A stretch of DNA of 32,000 nucleotides from an uncultured Nitrospira sp. (GCA_964481215.1 CAYZTJ010000004.1:36202-68201), one strand, 5' to 3'; positions 1 through 8,959 are shown, counted from the stretch's first letter. Translations and numbers: made by a program. Notes: a model not told the origin generated them from the sequence alone.

Positions 1-336
1 GAGATTTTCCCCAGCGGCTTCGGACTCTTGTTGCAGACGGACCGTGCCGGGCTCTCGTTGTCGAAAGACCTCTCTGAGGCCTGGACGGTCTCGTTCAGCG
101 GCAGCGTCCTGCTCGCGTCGTCCATCGCGACGGTGGCGGGCGGGGTCTCGTTTCCACAGAACCGGTATATCAACGTGACGCCGCAGGTGACCTACAAGCC
201 CAGCCAATACTGGGCGATCAGCGCCGCCTACGGGTATTCCCACCGGCAGGTGGAGAGTTTCAACGAGACCGCCTTCGGCAATTTGGCAACGGTCACGGTC
301 ACCTATTTCCCGGTCAAGTGGACGGTGGGGCGATAA
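1..336 (+). CDS. C-terminal part of an outer-membrane beta-barrel protein (5' end outside the window), first visible gene of the exopolysaccharide export locus
   Basis: Frame 1 is open from nt 1 (EIFPSGFGLLLQTDR...) to TAA 334-336. Alternating beta-strand-like pattern (WAISAAYGYSH, VTVTYFPVKWTV). Directly upstream of the co-polymerase gene. Confidence 0.5.
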   Translation, partial: EIFPSGFGLLLQTDRAGLSLSKDLSEAWTVSFSGSVLLASSIATVAGGVSFPQNRYINVTPQVTYKPSQYWAISAAYGYSHRQVESFNETAFGNLATVTVTYFPVKWTVGR

Positions 337-345
337 GGAGGCAGC

Positions 346-2124
346 ATGGCACTCGTGGACTCTCTTCCCGCGCGAGCCGACGATCACGATGCGAAGTCGC
401 TCCGGGATCTGTGGCAGATGTTTCGCCGTCGGCGCTGGATCGTCGGCGCGGTCGGCGCCGGGATTTTCCTGTCCGGAACGGCGCTCGCCCTATTTTGGCC
501 GCCGGTGTACCAATCGAAAGCGACGATCCTCATCGAGGAACAGGAGATTCCCCCCGATCTGGTGCGGTCGGCGATTACCAGTTACGCGGATCAGCGGATT
601 GAAACGATCAAGCAGCAGGTGATGAGCCGGTCCACTTTGTGGAAGATCATCGAGCAATACGGCCTGTATGAGTCCCTGCGCCGTCGGCACTCGACCGAAG
701 AGGTGCTGGAGCAGTTCGTCAAGGACATCCATTTGAATGTGATCAACGCCAAAGTGATCGACCGTCGTTCTCAAGTGCCGACGCAGGCGACGATCGCGTT
801 CACGTTGTCGTATGACGGAGAAACGCCGGAGCAGGCTCAGAAGGTGGCCAACGAACTGACGAGCTTGTTCCTCGGGGAGAATCTCAAGACCCGCGAGCGC
901 CATGCGCAAGAGACGACGGCGTTTCTCAAACAGGAAGCGGACAGTCTGTCCAGGCATATCGAGGAACTGGAGACGAAATTGGCCGGGGTCAAACAAAAGG
1001 CCGACGGCGCCCTGCCTGAACTGGTGCAGCTCAACATGCAACTGATGAATCAGGCGGATCGGGAACTGATCGAGGTGGATCGAGAAATCCGCAGTCTCGA
1101 AGAACGCCGACGGTATCTCGAAGGCGAACTGGCGACCTTGAAACCGAATACGCCGATTCTGGCCGCCGGCGGAGAACGGATTCTGGATTCAGGAGAACGT
1201 CTCAAGGCCTTACGCGCGCAACATGCCAGCGCCTCGGCCTATCTGTCGGCGGAGCATCCGGACATCATCAAGATGGAGCAGGAGATCACGGCGTTGGAAC
1301 GGGAGGTCGGCGCGCCGGCTCCCGCGGAGGATGTGGCGAAACGGCTCAACGGTGAGCGGGCCAGCCTGGCGGCCCTCAAAGAGCGGTTCGGTGTGCTTCA
1401 TCCGGACGTGGTTCGGTCACGGGAAGTGGTCGCCTCGCTCGAAGCGGAGTTGCAGCGTATCGCGTCTCAGCCGGTGAAGGCGCTTCCGATCAAGCCGGAG
1501 AACCCCGCCTACATCAACATCCAGGCCCAGCTGTCCTCGACGACCGCGTCACTGCAAGCGCTGAAAGACAGCCGCGGCTCGATCAAGCGGCGGACGGAAG
1601 AGTATGCGAAACGGCTCGAACGCATGCCGCAGGTGGAACCCGAATATCTGGATCTCCAACGCGACCGGGAAAGCTCCGTTCGGCGGTATCACGAGATCCG
1701 GAACCGGTTGATGGAAGCGCAGGTGTCGGAAGGGCTGGAGATTCAGCGGAAGGGCGAACGGTTCTCGTTGATCGATCCGCCGGATTTGCCCGAACGGCCC
1801 GAACGTCCCAATCGTCCGGTGATCGTGATGCTGGCGGCGCTGTTGGCTTCGGTCGGCGGGCTTGGGGCAGGGGCGGTTACGGAGCAAATGGACGAAACCA
1901 TACATGGCCCGCGCCAGCTGGGACGGGCAGCCGGGGTGCCTCCGTTGGCCGTCATTCCGCATGCGCCGGAGGAAGGAGCATTGCCCGATAAGTGGCGGCG
2001 GGGAGCGGCGATCGGGTGGATCGGCGCGGCCGCGGTCGTCGTCCTGCTGGTCGTCAGTTATCTCTCGTCGATGCCCCTCGACGTGGTGTGGTATGCCGCT
2101 CTGCGTAAACTCGGCCTGACGTAG
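346..2124 (+). CDS. Polysaccharide co-polymerase / chain-length determinant (Wzz/GumC type, as found in PEP-CTERM-associated EPS loci)
   Basis: ATG 346 is preceded by AAGGAGG (335-341). N-terminal Wzz-like TM segment (RWIVGAVGAGIFLSGTALALFWPPVYQSKATILIEEQ), long central coiled coil, C-terminal TM (VIVMLAALLASVGGLGAGAV). Confidence 0.8.
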   Translation: MALVDSLPARADDHDAKSLRDLWQMFRRRRWIVGAVGAGIFLSGTALALFWPPVYQSKATILIEEQEIPPDLVRSAITSYADQRIETIKQQVMSRSTLWKIIEQYGLYESLRRRHSTEEVLEQFVKDIHLNVINAKVIDRRSQVPTQATIAFTLSYDGETPEQAQKVANELTSLFLGENLKTRERHAQETTAFLKQEADSLSRHIEELETKLAGVKQKADGALPELVQLNMQLMNQADRELIEVDREIRSLEERRRYLEGELATLKPNTPILAAGGERILDSGERLKALRAQHASASAYLSAEHPDIIKMEQEITALEREVGAPAPAEDVAKRLNGERASLAALKERFGVLHPDVVRSREVVASLEAELQRIASQPVKALPIKPENPAYINIQAQLSSTTASLQALKDSRGSIKRRTEEYAKRLERMPQVEPEYLDLQRDRESSVRRYHEIRNRLMEAQVSEGLEIQRKGERFSLIDPPDLPERPERPNRPVIVMLAALLASVGGLGAGAVTEQMDETIHGPRQLGRAAGVPPLAVIPHAPEEGALPDKWRRGAAIGWIGAAAVVVLLVVSYLSSMPLDVVWYAALRKLGLT

Positions 2125-2143
2125 TAGGACAAAGGAGCGCGCG

Positions 2144-2971
2144 ATGGAAGACTTGCAAGAAGCGCTGGAACGGTTTCGGACCGAAGGGGGGCGGGCAGGT
2201 CGGGGCGCCGGTCGCTCGACGCTCGTACCTGTGCCTCCGCCGATCGTGTACAGCCGGACGAAGGTCCTGGAATGCCCGGAAGACCTGCTGCGGCGCGGTC
2301 GAATTGTCGCGGGATTCGATCGCGGGCCGTTCGTCGAAGGCTACAATCTGCTGCGGACCCAGGTGCTTCATCGCCTTCGGGAGAACGGCTGGAATGTCCT
2401 TGGCGTGACGAGTCCGAACGAACGGGAAGGCAAGACGCTCACGGCCGCGAACCTGGCCATCAGCCTTGCCATGGAGGCGACGCAGACGGTCCTGTTGGTC
2501 GACGCCGACCTTCGGAAACCGGGGATGGACCGGCTGTTCGGGATGGACAAGCTTCCGGGACTGGCCGATGTGCTGCTGGACGAGATGCCACTCGAAGAGG
2601 CCCTGGTGCATCCCGGCATCGGTCGTTTGGTGGTGCTGCCTGGTGGACGGGCGGTGCCTCGCTCCGCTGAAACCCTGACCTCGCCCCGCATGACCGCATT
2701 GGTGCACGATCTCAAACACCGGTATGAGTCGCGCATTGTGGTCTTTGACTTGCCGCCGGTGCTTACGAGTGCGGATGTACTGGCCTTCGGTCCCTCCCTC
2801 GACGCGATCCTGATCGTCGCGGGGGACGGCGTCACGCGCCGGACGGACGTGGAGGAATCGATTCATCGCCTGAAGGGTGCTGTGCCGATCATCGGGACGG
2901 TGCTCAACCAAGTGGGACGGGAAGATAGAGCCCGTCGCAACGGCCGCCTGTCCGCGGCCGAGTCACCCTGA
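2144..2971 (+). CDS. CpsD/CapB-type P-loop ATPase (BY-kinase-like), encoded separately from the co-polymerase
   Basis: Walker A SPNEREGKT, Walker A' LLVDADLRKPG, Walker B IVVFDLPPV. The C-terminal tail (NQVGREDRARRNGRLSAAESP) has no tyrosine. Confidence 0.8.
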   Translation: MEDLQEALERFRTEGGRAGRGAGRSTLVPVPPPIVYSRTKVLECPEDLLRRGRIVAGFDRGPFVEGYNLLRTQVLHRLRENGWNVLGVTSPNEREGKTLTAANLAISLAMEATQTVLLVDADLRKPGMDRLFGMDKLPGLADVLLDEMPLEEALVHPGIGRLVVLPGGRAVPRSAETLTSPRMTALVHDLKHRYESRIVVFDLPPVLTSADVLAFGPSLDAILIVAGDGVTRRTDVEESIHRLKGAVPIIGTVLNQVGREDRARRNGRLSAAESP

Positions 2972-2990
2972 GCAGGAGGCTGGAACGATC

Positions 2991-4388
2991 GTGTACGAAT
3001 CGCACTATGGATTCCGGATGCATCCGTTCTCCCTGGTTCCGGATCCCGGGTTTCTCTATCTCGGCCGGCGCCACAAACTGGCGCTGAGTCTCCTGGAGTA
3101 CGGGCTGCTCAACCGCAGCGCATTCAGCGTGATCACAGGGGAGCCTGGCACGGGGAAAACGACCCTGCTCAACACGATCCTCGATCGGTCTGAGCGCGAG
3201 CTTACGTTGGGCGTTCTCTCACATACCCATGTCGGACTGGGGAGTCTGCTGCCCTGGGTGTTGATGACGTTCGGGATCGACGGAAAAGGCATGGACAGTG
3301 TGGAGCTGTATCGCGCCTTCGCCGGGTTCTTGAATCAGGAGCACGCCAAACATCGCCGGGTCGTCCTCGTGGTTGACGAGGCGCAAAACCTCGGCTCGGC
3401 GATGCTCGAGGAACTGAGGCTCCTGTCGAATCTCAACGACGGGCGGCGCCAACCGCTACAGATTATCCTCTCCGGTCAGCCGAATCTCCGGACCCTGCTG
3501 AAACAGGGCGAGTTGGTGCAGCTCGCGCAGCGCATTTCCGTCGACTATCACCTGGAACCGTTCGGCGAAGAAGAGACGCCGGACTACATCCGCCATCGCA
3601 TTCGAGTGGCCGGGGGGCCGGCCGTGTTGATGACGGATCTCGCGTGCCTGGTGGTTCACCGAATCACTCACGGCAACCCGCGACTCATCAATCAGGTCTG
3701 CGACGTCTCCTTAGCCTACGGATATGCGGCCAAGGCGCCGTACATCACGTCCCATGTCGTGCGTAAAGCGGCGACGGATCGCCGCGCCAATGGGATTTTG
3801 CCGTTGGCGGACGACGACTCGTTCCCTCCGTCGTCCAATGAGGAGCTGTCGGGTGAACAGCAGCAGTTGGCCCTGTTCCTTCGACCTGCGGCGTCCCAGC
3901 CTGCCGCCGAGCCGCCCGCGCAGCCGAACCGATCCGGTCGGGCGGTCTACGAGCGCGGCGTCGCGTTCAGGGAGGCCGGAGCCTTCAAACAGGCGATCGG
4001 CTATTTCCAACAGGCAACCGGCGATCCAGCCTATGCGGTCAGGTCCAAGACCCAGATCGCGCTCTGTCAGCACGCCAGCGGACGCCTTGTGGAAGCGATC
4101 GCCGCGTTTCGCAAACTCTTGGACAGCCGGCAGGGGACGGAGCATGAGACACGACAAATCCGCTACCTTTTGGCCCGGGCACTGGAATCAGCGGGCCAAC
4201 GGGATGAGGCGCTCGTGCAGTATCGCGCGTTACGGGAGGAACAATCCGACTACCGGGATGTCGCAGATCGATTTCGTCGACTCTCCGATCCACGAGGCAC
4301 AACGGTAATAGCGACCTTATCGAGTCGCGCGTGGATGCGCTCGATCTCGCGAAACTGGATTCAGCTCCTGCGCAGTTCGTTTTCGTAG
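2991..4388 (+). CDS. ExeA-like AAA ATPase with C-terminal TPR region (PEP-CTERM/EPS-locus secretion ATPase type)
   Basis: GTG 2991 follows AGGAGG (2974-2979) and gives an N-terminus (M)YESHYGFRMHPFSLVPDPGFLY typical of ExeA-like proteins. The longer ATG 2877 start would overlap the previous gene by 95 nt. Walker A GEPGTGKTTL, Walker B VVLVVDEAQNL. TPR-like C-terminus (AFKQAIGYFQQA...). Confidence 0.75.
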   Translation: MYESHYGFRMHPFSLVPDPGFLYLGRRHKLALSLLEYGLLNRSAFSVITGEPGTGKTTLLNTILDRSERELTLGVLSHTHVGLGSLLPWVLMTFGIDGKGMDSVELYRAFAGFLNQEHAKHRRVVLVVDEAQNLGSAMLEELRLLSNLNDGRRQPLQIILSGQPNLRTLLKQGELVQLAQRISVDYHLEPFGEEETPDYIRHRIRVAGGPAVLMTDLACLVVHRITHGNPRLINQVCDVSLAYGYAAKAPYITSHVVRKAATDRRANGILPLADDDSFPPSSNEELSGEQQQLALFLRPAASQPAAEPPAQPNRSGRAVYERGVAFREAGAFKQAIGYFQQATGDPAYAVRSKTQIALCQHASGRLVEAIAAFRKLLDSRQGTEHETRQIRYLLARALESAGQRDEALVQYRALREEQSDYRDVADRFRRLSDPRGTTVIATLSSRAWMRSISRNWIQLLRSSFS

Positions 4389-4560
4389 ACCGCCGACTAC
4401 CCCGTTTGCGCTCGTGAAGTCGCTGAGCGAATCTCCTCGTTCGCCTCGGAGACTGTGCCGACACGATTCCCTTCATACCCGACATGTCACGATTCACGCG
4501 CAAACTGCGGCGGCGGTGCATTCCCGGGGATGGCGTCGGCAGGGAAATGTCGATGTGTCC

Positions 4561-4626
4561 GTAAACTCGTTACGAGTTAACCAATCCTGGAACCCATCGT
4601 AACCTCGCTGTAATCGTCGGTTTCTA
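4561..4626 (+). promoter_or_regulatory. Cluster of GTAAAC/GTTACG/GTTAAC/GTAACC/GTAATC hexamers upstream of the porin gene; candidate response-regulator (Pho-box-like) site
   Basis: GTAAACTCG 4561-4569, GTTACG 4569-4574, GTTAACC 4576-4582. TTAACC 4577, GTAACC 4599, GTAATC 4610 and TTTCTA 4621 share an 11-bp register. The cluster lies 50-115 nt upstream of ATG 4675. Confidence 0.35.
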
Positions 4627-4674
4627 TTCTCCCCCACGCCGCCGAAGTGCCGTGGCGAACGACGTGGAGGAGCG

Positions 4675-6105
4675 ATGAACGGGTGTGTCAGACGGCTATG
4701 TTTCTGGGTCTGTTTCGGAGCGCTGGTCACCGCCGGATCGGCGGAAGCGGGCCAGCTGGAAGATCTGCTCCTCGAGAACAAACAAATCACCATCGACCAA
4801 TGGGTAAAGCTGAAGGCGGAGGAGGAAAAGCGCCAGGCGAAGGAACTCGAAGAAAGCCGCGGGGTGGGCGACGTACCGGTCCGGGAGCGCTGGTACGAGA
4901 AAATGAGCATCCGAGGCTACACGCAGTTCCGGTACAACCATTCCGTCAACAACGACCTCTTGACCAGCAGTCAAGGCGACCGGTCGATCGGCAAGAACAA
5001 TGAATTCTTTCTGCGGCGGGCCCGGATCATCTTCAGCGGCCAACCGCACGATCGCGTGTTCTTTTACGCGCAACCCGAGTTCGCCGGCCTCGTGAACGGC
5101 ACGGAGCAAGTCGCTGTCCTGCGAGACTTTTACTCCGATCTCTTTTTGAGTGAGAACAAGGAGTGGAGGATCCGGGCCGGTCTCTCCAAGGTGCCCTTCG
5201 GGTTTGAGAACATGCAATCGAGCCAAAACCGTCTCGCGCTTGACCGCGATGACGCCATTAACAGCGCCGCTCCGAACGAACGGGACCTCGGCGTCTTCCT
5301 GTACTATGCTCCGACCTCGGTGCGGGAGCGCTTTCGTCGGCTGGTGGAAAGCGGACTCAAAGGTTCCGGCGATTACGGCATGCTCGGGCTCGGCATCTAT
5401 AATGGACAAGGTCCCAATACGCGGGATCTCAATAAGAACAAACATCTTGTCTTTCACTCGATGTACCCGCATGAGTTTTCAAACGGACAAATCTTCCAAG
5501 TCGGCATGGACGCCTATACCGGTCAATATCAGGTGTCGACGACTCCGGTCGTGCCGCTCAATCCTTCGACGACTTCCCAAGGCGCGGCCCTGACGCCGAT
5601 CTTGCAGAACGGGGGCAATTACATCGATGAACGCGTCGCCTGGCACTTCGTGCTCTATCCGCAGCCGTTTGGGTTGCAAGGGGAGTATACGATCGGGCGG
5701 GGGCCGCAACTGAATCAGGCGAGAACGGCTGTCACGACGGGTAGCTTACGGGGGGGCTACTTACAGGCGTTTTACAACTATCGGTGCGACAACTTGTGCC
5801 AAAGCATTTTCCCGTTTGTTCGCTACCAGGAATACTATGGAGGGCGGAAAAGCGAAGACAACAGCCCGAGGAACACCGTTCGCGAACTGGAGGTAGGATT
5901 GGAATATCAGTTCAATCAGGCACTGGAATTGACGTTCATGTATACCTGGACACAACGTACGTCTTCCGACGCGTCCACCGTGCCTGCCTCCTGCGCCGAC
6001 ACGTCACTTGCCCAGGCCGGGTTGGCCACACCGCCCTGCGCCATTACACCCTACCAACTCCAGTCGGGCAACCTCGTGCGCTTTCAACTCCAGTGGAATT
6101 TCTGA
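4675..6105 (+). CDS. Outer-membrane porin, phosphate-selective porin O/P-like family
   Basis: Signal peptide (LCFWVCFGALVTAGSAEA), N-terminal coiled segment, FFLRRARIIFSGQ motif typical of Porin_O_P. Beta-strand pattern throughout; C-terminus ...RFQLQWNF ends in Phe as in OMPs. Confidence 0.65.
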   Translation: MNGCVRRLCFWVCFGALVTAGSAEAGQLEDLLLENKQITIDQWVKLKAEEEKRQAKELEESRGVGDVPVRERWYEKMSIRGYTQFRYNHSVNNDLLTSSQGDRSIGKNNEFFLRRARIIFSGQPHDRVFFYAQPEFAGLVNGTEQVAVLRDFYSDLFLSENKEWRIRAGLSKVPFGFENMQSSQNRLALDRDDAINSAAPNERDLGVFLYYAPTSVRERFRRLVESGLKGSGDYGMLGLGIYNGQGPNTRDLNKNKHLVFHSMYPHEFSNGQIFQVGMDAYTGQYQVSTTPVVPLNPSTTSQGAALTPILQNGGNYIDERVAWHFVLYPQPFGLQGEYTIGRGPQLNQARTAVTTGSLRGGYLQAFYNYRCDNLCQSIFPFVRYQEYYGGRKSEDNSPRNTVRELEVGLEYQFNQALELTFMYTWTQRTSSDASTVPASCADTSLAQAGLATPPCAITPYQLQSGNLVRFQLQWNF

Positions 6106-6133
6106 GAAAAGCCCCGGGCTGATCCGACAGCCT

Positions 6134-6850
6134 CTATCGGGTGGAGGATGATTCGACGGCTGCAGGTGCGTCCGGCAGTCGATCCAGACGAACGATCAAC
6201 TCACGGCGATCCCAATGAAAGAGTCGAGCCAGGCCTCGCGGGCCGTCGGTGCGGAGCGCGCCGGCGGGCTCGAAATGCAGGGTCCCTTTTTGGGGGGCGA
6301 GGGAGCGCAGCGGCGTCAACCGGTCGTCCGGGGTGTCGGCCATCCCGAGATCGGCGACATAGTGAGTATCCGACCGGTTATTGCTCAAGAGGAAATGTAA
6401 GTCCCCTCCCTGAACGTACACACCGCCCGACGTGACTTCCCGACGAACCGCGGACAGACGGTGTGTGCGATAAAACGTCACGACTTCTTCCGAGGTGGCT
6501 CTGGCCAGCGCGAGACTGAGCAGCGGCGCGAACAGTTCCACCTCGTCTTTCGAGAAGACGCGGTGGCGTCGCGGTACGCTGAGGTCGTCGTAGAGCGGCA
6601 TCCTGGTCAACGGTTCTTCGACGATCACGCCCTGGAGGATCGCCGCCATGCGTTCGGGCGACAGGGTGGCCGGATGCGCCAGGGATGAACCCTCCGTCAC
6701 CGCGCGATTGGTTTCCAGCCGAACGAATGCCTGCGGGCTGTCGTAGATGGTGAGGGTGGTGAAAGCCGCCGGCGTGCATCCCGTCCACAACATGGCGAGC
6801 CAGACGATGAGGGCCGCGGATGGGGACTGGCGTGACGATCGCACGCTCAT
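6134..6850 (-). CDS. Lipoprotein of unknown function, last gene of the CHAD-pstS operon
   Basis: Lipobox LWTGC after a hydrophobic N-terminus. Start is 4 nt downstream of the pstS-like stop on the same strand. Confidence 0.55.
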   Translation of the reverse strand: MSVRSSRQSPSAALIVWLAMLWTGCTPAAFTTLTIYDSPQAFVRLETNRAVTEGSSLAHPATLSPERMAAILQGVIVEEPLTRMPLYDDLSVPRRHRVFSKDEVELFAPLLSLALARATSEEVVTFYRTHRLSAVRREVTSGGVYVQGGDLHFLLSNNRSDTHYVADLGMADTPDDRLTPLRSLAPQKGTLHFEPAGALRTDGPRGLARLFHWDRRELIVRLDRLPDAPAAVESSSTR

Positions 6851-6854
6851 CCTC

Positions 6855-7922
6855 TCATTGGGCGATCGGCTGCTCGGGTGTCGGCAACTGCGCCGACTTG
6901 ACGGGCCCAGACCATTTCGTCATGAGACGCGTGATATCGGTCAAAGCCAGAGGGTAGTAGCCATAGTCGAGCACCGACTGCTGCCCCTGCGCGCTCAACG
7001 CAAAGCGGACCAGTTCGCTGAGGAGCGGCGAGGCAACCGTCTTCGGGGGTTTCGCGATATACAAGTACAGATGCCGGCGCAACGGGTAGGAACCGTCCGT
7101 CGCCGTCTCGAAGTTCGGCTCGACGTAGCGGCCGCCTTTGACGGCGGCGATCGGGACCGCCTTCAACGACGAGGTCTGGTATCCGATGGCGCTGAAGCCG
7201 ACCCCGTGCGGATCCTTGACGAGATCCATGATCACCGAGGCCGGGCCCTTGCTTCCGACGAGCTGTGGGTGAAACGTGCCGCCTTTACAGACTTCTTCCC
7301 GGAAGAAGTAACTGGTGCCAGAGTTCCCGTTACGGCCATAGATGCGGATCGGCGCGTCGAACCAGTCGTCGGTCAGGCCGACGAGCCCCCAGGTTGCAAT
7401 CGAATGATCGATCCCGCGCCGGCGCTCGCGGCAAAACATCGCATCCAGTTCCTCCAGTGAGAGGCCGACGACGGGATTGTCTTTGTGCACGAATACGGCG
7501 AGGGCATCGATCGCGACAGGAACTTCCGTCGGCTCGAAGCCGTATTCCTTGACGAACTCGGCGATCTCCGTCGCCGTCATCCGCCGAGACATCGCCGCGA
7601 CCTCGACCTGATGTTCCAGCAGCGCCTTGAGACCCGTTTGCGACCCGGCTCCACGCAGGGTCACTTTGACGCCGGGATGGCGCCGCGTCAAGTCGCCGAT
7701 CCAGCTCTGCAACAGCGGTTTCATGCTGTCAGATCCGGAGATGTCCAACGTCCCGTCGGCCAGCGCCAACGGCGCATAGGCCGGAATTTTGGCATTCAGT
7801 TCCGGCTTGAGTTGCGCCCAAGCCGGGGGCATCAGCAGGCTCAGCGCCACGAGCACCATCATGCCGCCCAGCACGCACGTGCGCGCCGACGGTCGACCGA
7901 CAGACTGTTTGTTTATATACAC
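6855..7922 (-). CDS. pstS: Phosphate ABC transporter substrate-binding protein, PstS family
   Basis: GTG start with GGAGGAG upstream. Signal peptide (VLVALSLLMPPAWA). ISGSDSMKPLLQSW...VTLRGAGSQTGLKAL pattern of PBP_like_2/PstS proteins. Confidence 0.75.
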   Translation of the reverse strand: MYINKQSVGRPSARTCVLGGMMVLVALSLLMPPAWAQLKPELNAKIPAYAPLALADGTLDISGSDSMKPLLQSWIGDLTRRHPGVKVTLRGAGSQTGLKALLEHQVEVAAMSRRMTATEIAEFVKEYGFEPTEVPVAIDALAVFVHKDNPVVGLSLEELDAMFCRERRRGIDHSIATWGLVGLTDDWFDAPIRIYGRNGNSGTSYFFREEVCKGGTFHPQLVGSKGPASVIMDLVKDPHGVGFSAIGYQTSSLKAVPIAAVKGGRYVEPNFETATDGSYPLRRHLYLYIAKPPKTVASPLLSELVRFALSAQGQQSVLDYGYYPLALTDITRLMTKWSGPVKSAQLPTPEQPIAQ

Positions 7923-7990
7923 GACTCCTCCGTCATTTCATTGACTCCGATATCATCGCCGCACCGTAGAGACCGCGGATTGCCGAGGGG

Positions 7991-8815
7991 TCAATGCGCG
8001 GTTAAATCGACGTTAACTTCCCCGGCTTTGTTCCACGACTTCGTCCGGCTTGCGGCGTCAAGTAACAGGCCAAGAGCTTCGACCAGACCGTCCACATCGT
8101 CGTGTACTCGGCGCGCCTTCTTTCGCGCCTTGCGCCACGCTGCCGTGATTACGGGTTGCGAGGTCAGCGACAGCGCCTTCCCCAGCTTGCGAAAGGCGGC
8201 AAGATCCTCGTAGGCACCGAGACGTCGTTGGAGGCGCTTCAAGCTCGGCACGATCCGCTCCACGCCGGGCGGAGACGTCCATTCCAGCTGATATCGGAGT
8301 TGTTTCATTCGAAGACGGAGCCGGTGTAACGCCTTTCGCTTCGGCTTGCGGGGCAATCGGCGGCCCATCCTGGTCAATTTCTCTCGATGACCCCGCCAGT
8401 TCCGTTCGAGCTGGACGCGGCCGATCCGCTGTTTCTCGAACGAAAGGCTCGCCAGTCCCCGATGAATCGACTCGAACAGGCGAGGGTGGTCGAGTTGCGC
8501 CGTCCGTTGCCGGATCAGGGCGCGAACCTTGCGCCGATCCGCTGCGGGAGCCCGGTGTTTGGCCAGCCACACATCGAAGACCTGTGCCGATCGAAGCGGG
8601 CTCAACTCGGAGATCTCGGCGCCGAGGGCCGACGCCTCTTGTCGCGCGCCGATCAACCGGAGCCACGCCTGCAACCGCCGGATCCCGACCCGCAGGCGGT
8701 GAAGGTGATCGGTGTCGACGACACGTGCTTGTTGCAATCGGTTCAACGACGTCAGCAACGTCCGGGACAGCCTCAGCGCTCGATCCGACGACGGAGTCCT
8801 GCCTCTGACGTTCAT
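7991..8815 (-). CDS. CHAD domain protein (polyphosphate-associated family)
   Basis: Arg/His-rich helical repeats HRLRVGIRRLQAWLRL and LHRLRLRMKQLRYQLEW typical of CHAD. Lies 68 nt upstream of pstS on the same strand. Confidence 0.7.
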   Translation of the reverse strand: MNVRGRTPSSDRALRLSRTLLTSLNRLQQARVVDTDHLHRLRVGIRRLQAWLRLIGARQEASALGAEISELSPLRSAQVFDVWLAKHRAPAADRRKVRALIRQRTAQLDHPRLFESIHRGLASLSFEKQRIGRVQLERNWRGHREKLTRMGRRLPRKPKRKALHRLRLRMKQLRYQLEWTSPPGVERIVPSLKRLQRRLGAYEDLAAFRKLGKALSLTSQPVITAAWRKARKKARRVHDDVDGLVEALGLLLDAASRTKSWNKAGEVNVDLTAH

Positions 8816-8866
8816 CTGCGCCCGCCTTTCCCGTCACGAGGGTAAGTCGAGATCATTGCCATCGGA

Positions 8867-8904
8867 TTAACAACATATTAAGGAACGGTTACGGCACGTT
8901 TCTA
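8867..8904 (+). promoter_or_regulatory. Four TTAACA-like hexamers with 10-11-bp periodicity in the divergent CHAD / regulator intergenic region
   Basis: TTAACA 8867, TTAAGG 8878, TTACGG 8889, TTTCTA 8899. Confidence 0.35.
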
Positions 8905-8930
8905 GCTGGATATGCCGATCCCATGACGAT

Positions 8931-8959
8931 GTTACGTAGTTTTAACAACATTTTAATGG
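8931..8959 (+). promoter_or_regulatory. Second TTAACA-type repeat set, near-duplicate of 8867-8883
   Basis: GTTACG 8931, TTAACA 8942, TTAATG 8953. TTAACAACATTTTAATG (8942-8958) matches TTAACAACATATTAAGG (8867-8883) at 15 of 17 positions. Lies 50-80 nt upstream of ATG 9010. Confidence 0.35.

Noticed and set aside
2054-2911. 285-aa ORF on the - strand
   Set aside because: Antisense to the BY-kinase-like ATPase gene with intact Walker motifs; shadow ORF.
6747-8213. Two + strand ORFs (237 and 242 aa)
   Set aside because: Antisense to the PstS-like and CHAD genes. Arg-rich products without signal or domain features.
8058-8837. 259-aa alternative-frame ORF on the - strand overlapping the CHAD gene
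   Set aside because: The frame giving CHAD-type HRLR...RRL repeats (7991-8815) is the recognisable one. The alternative frame is Pro/Arg/Gly-rich noise.
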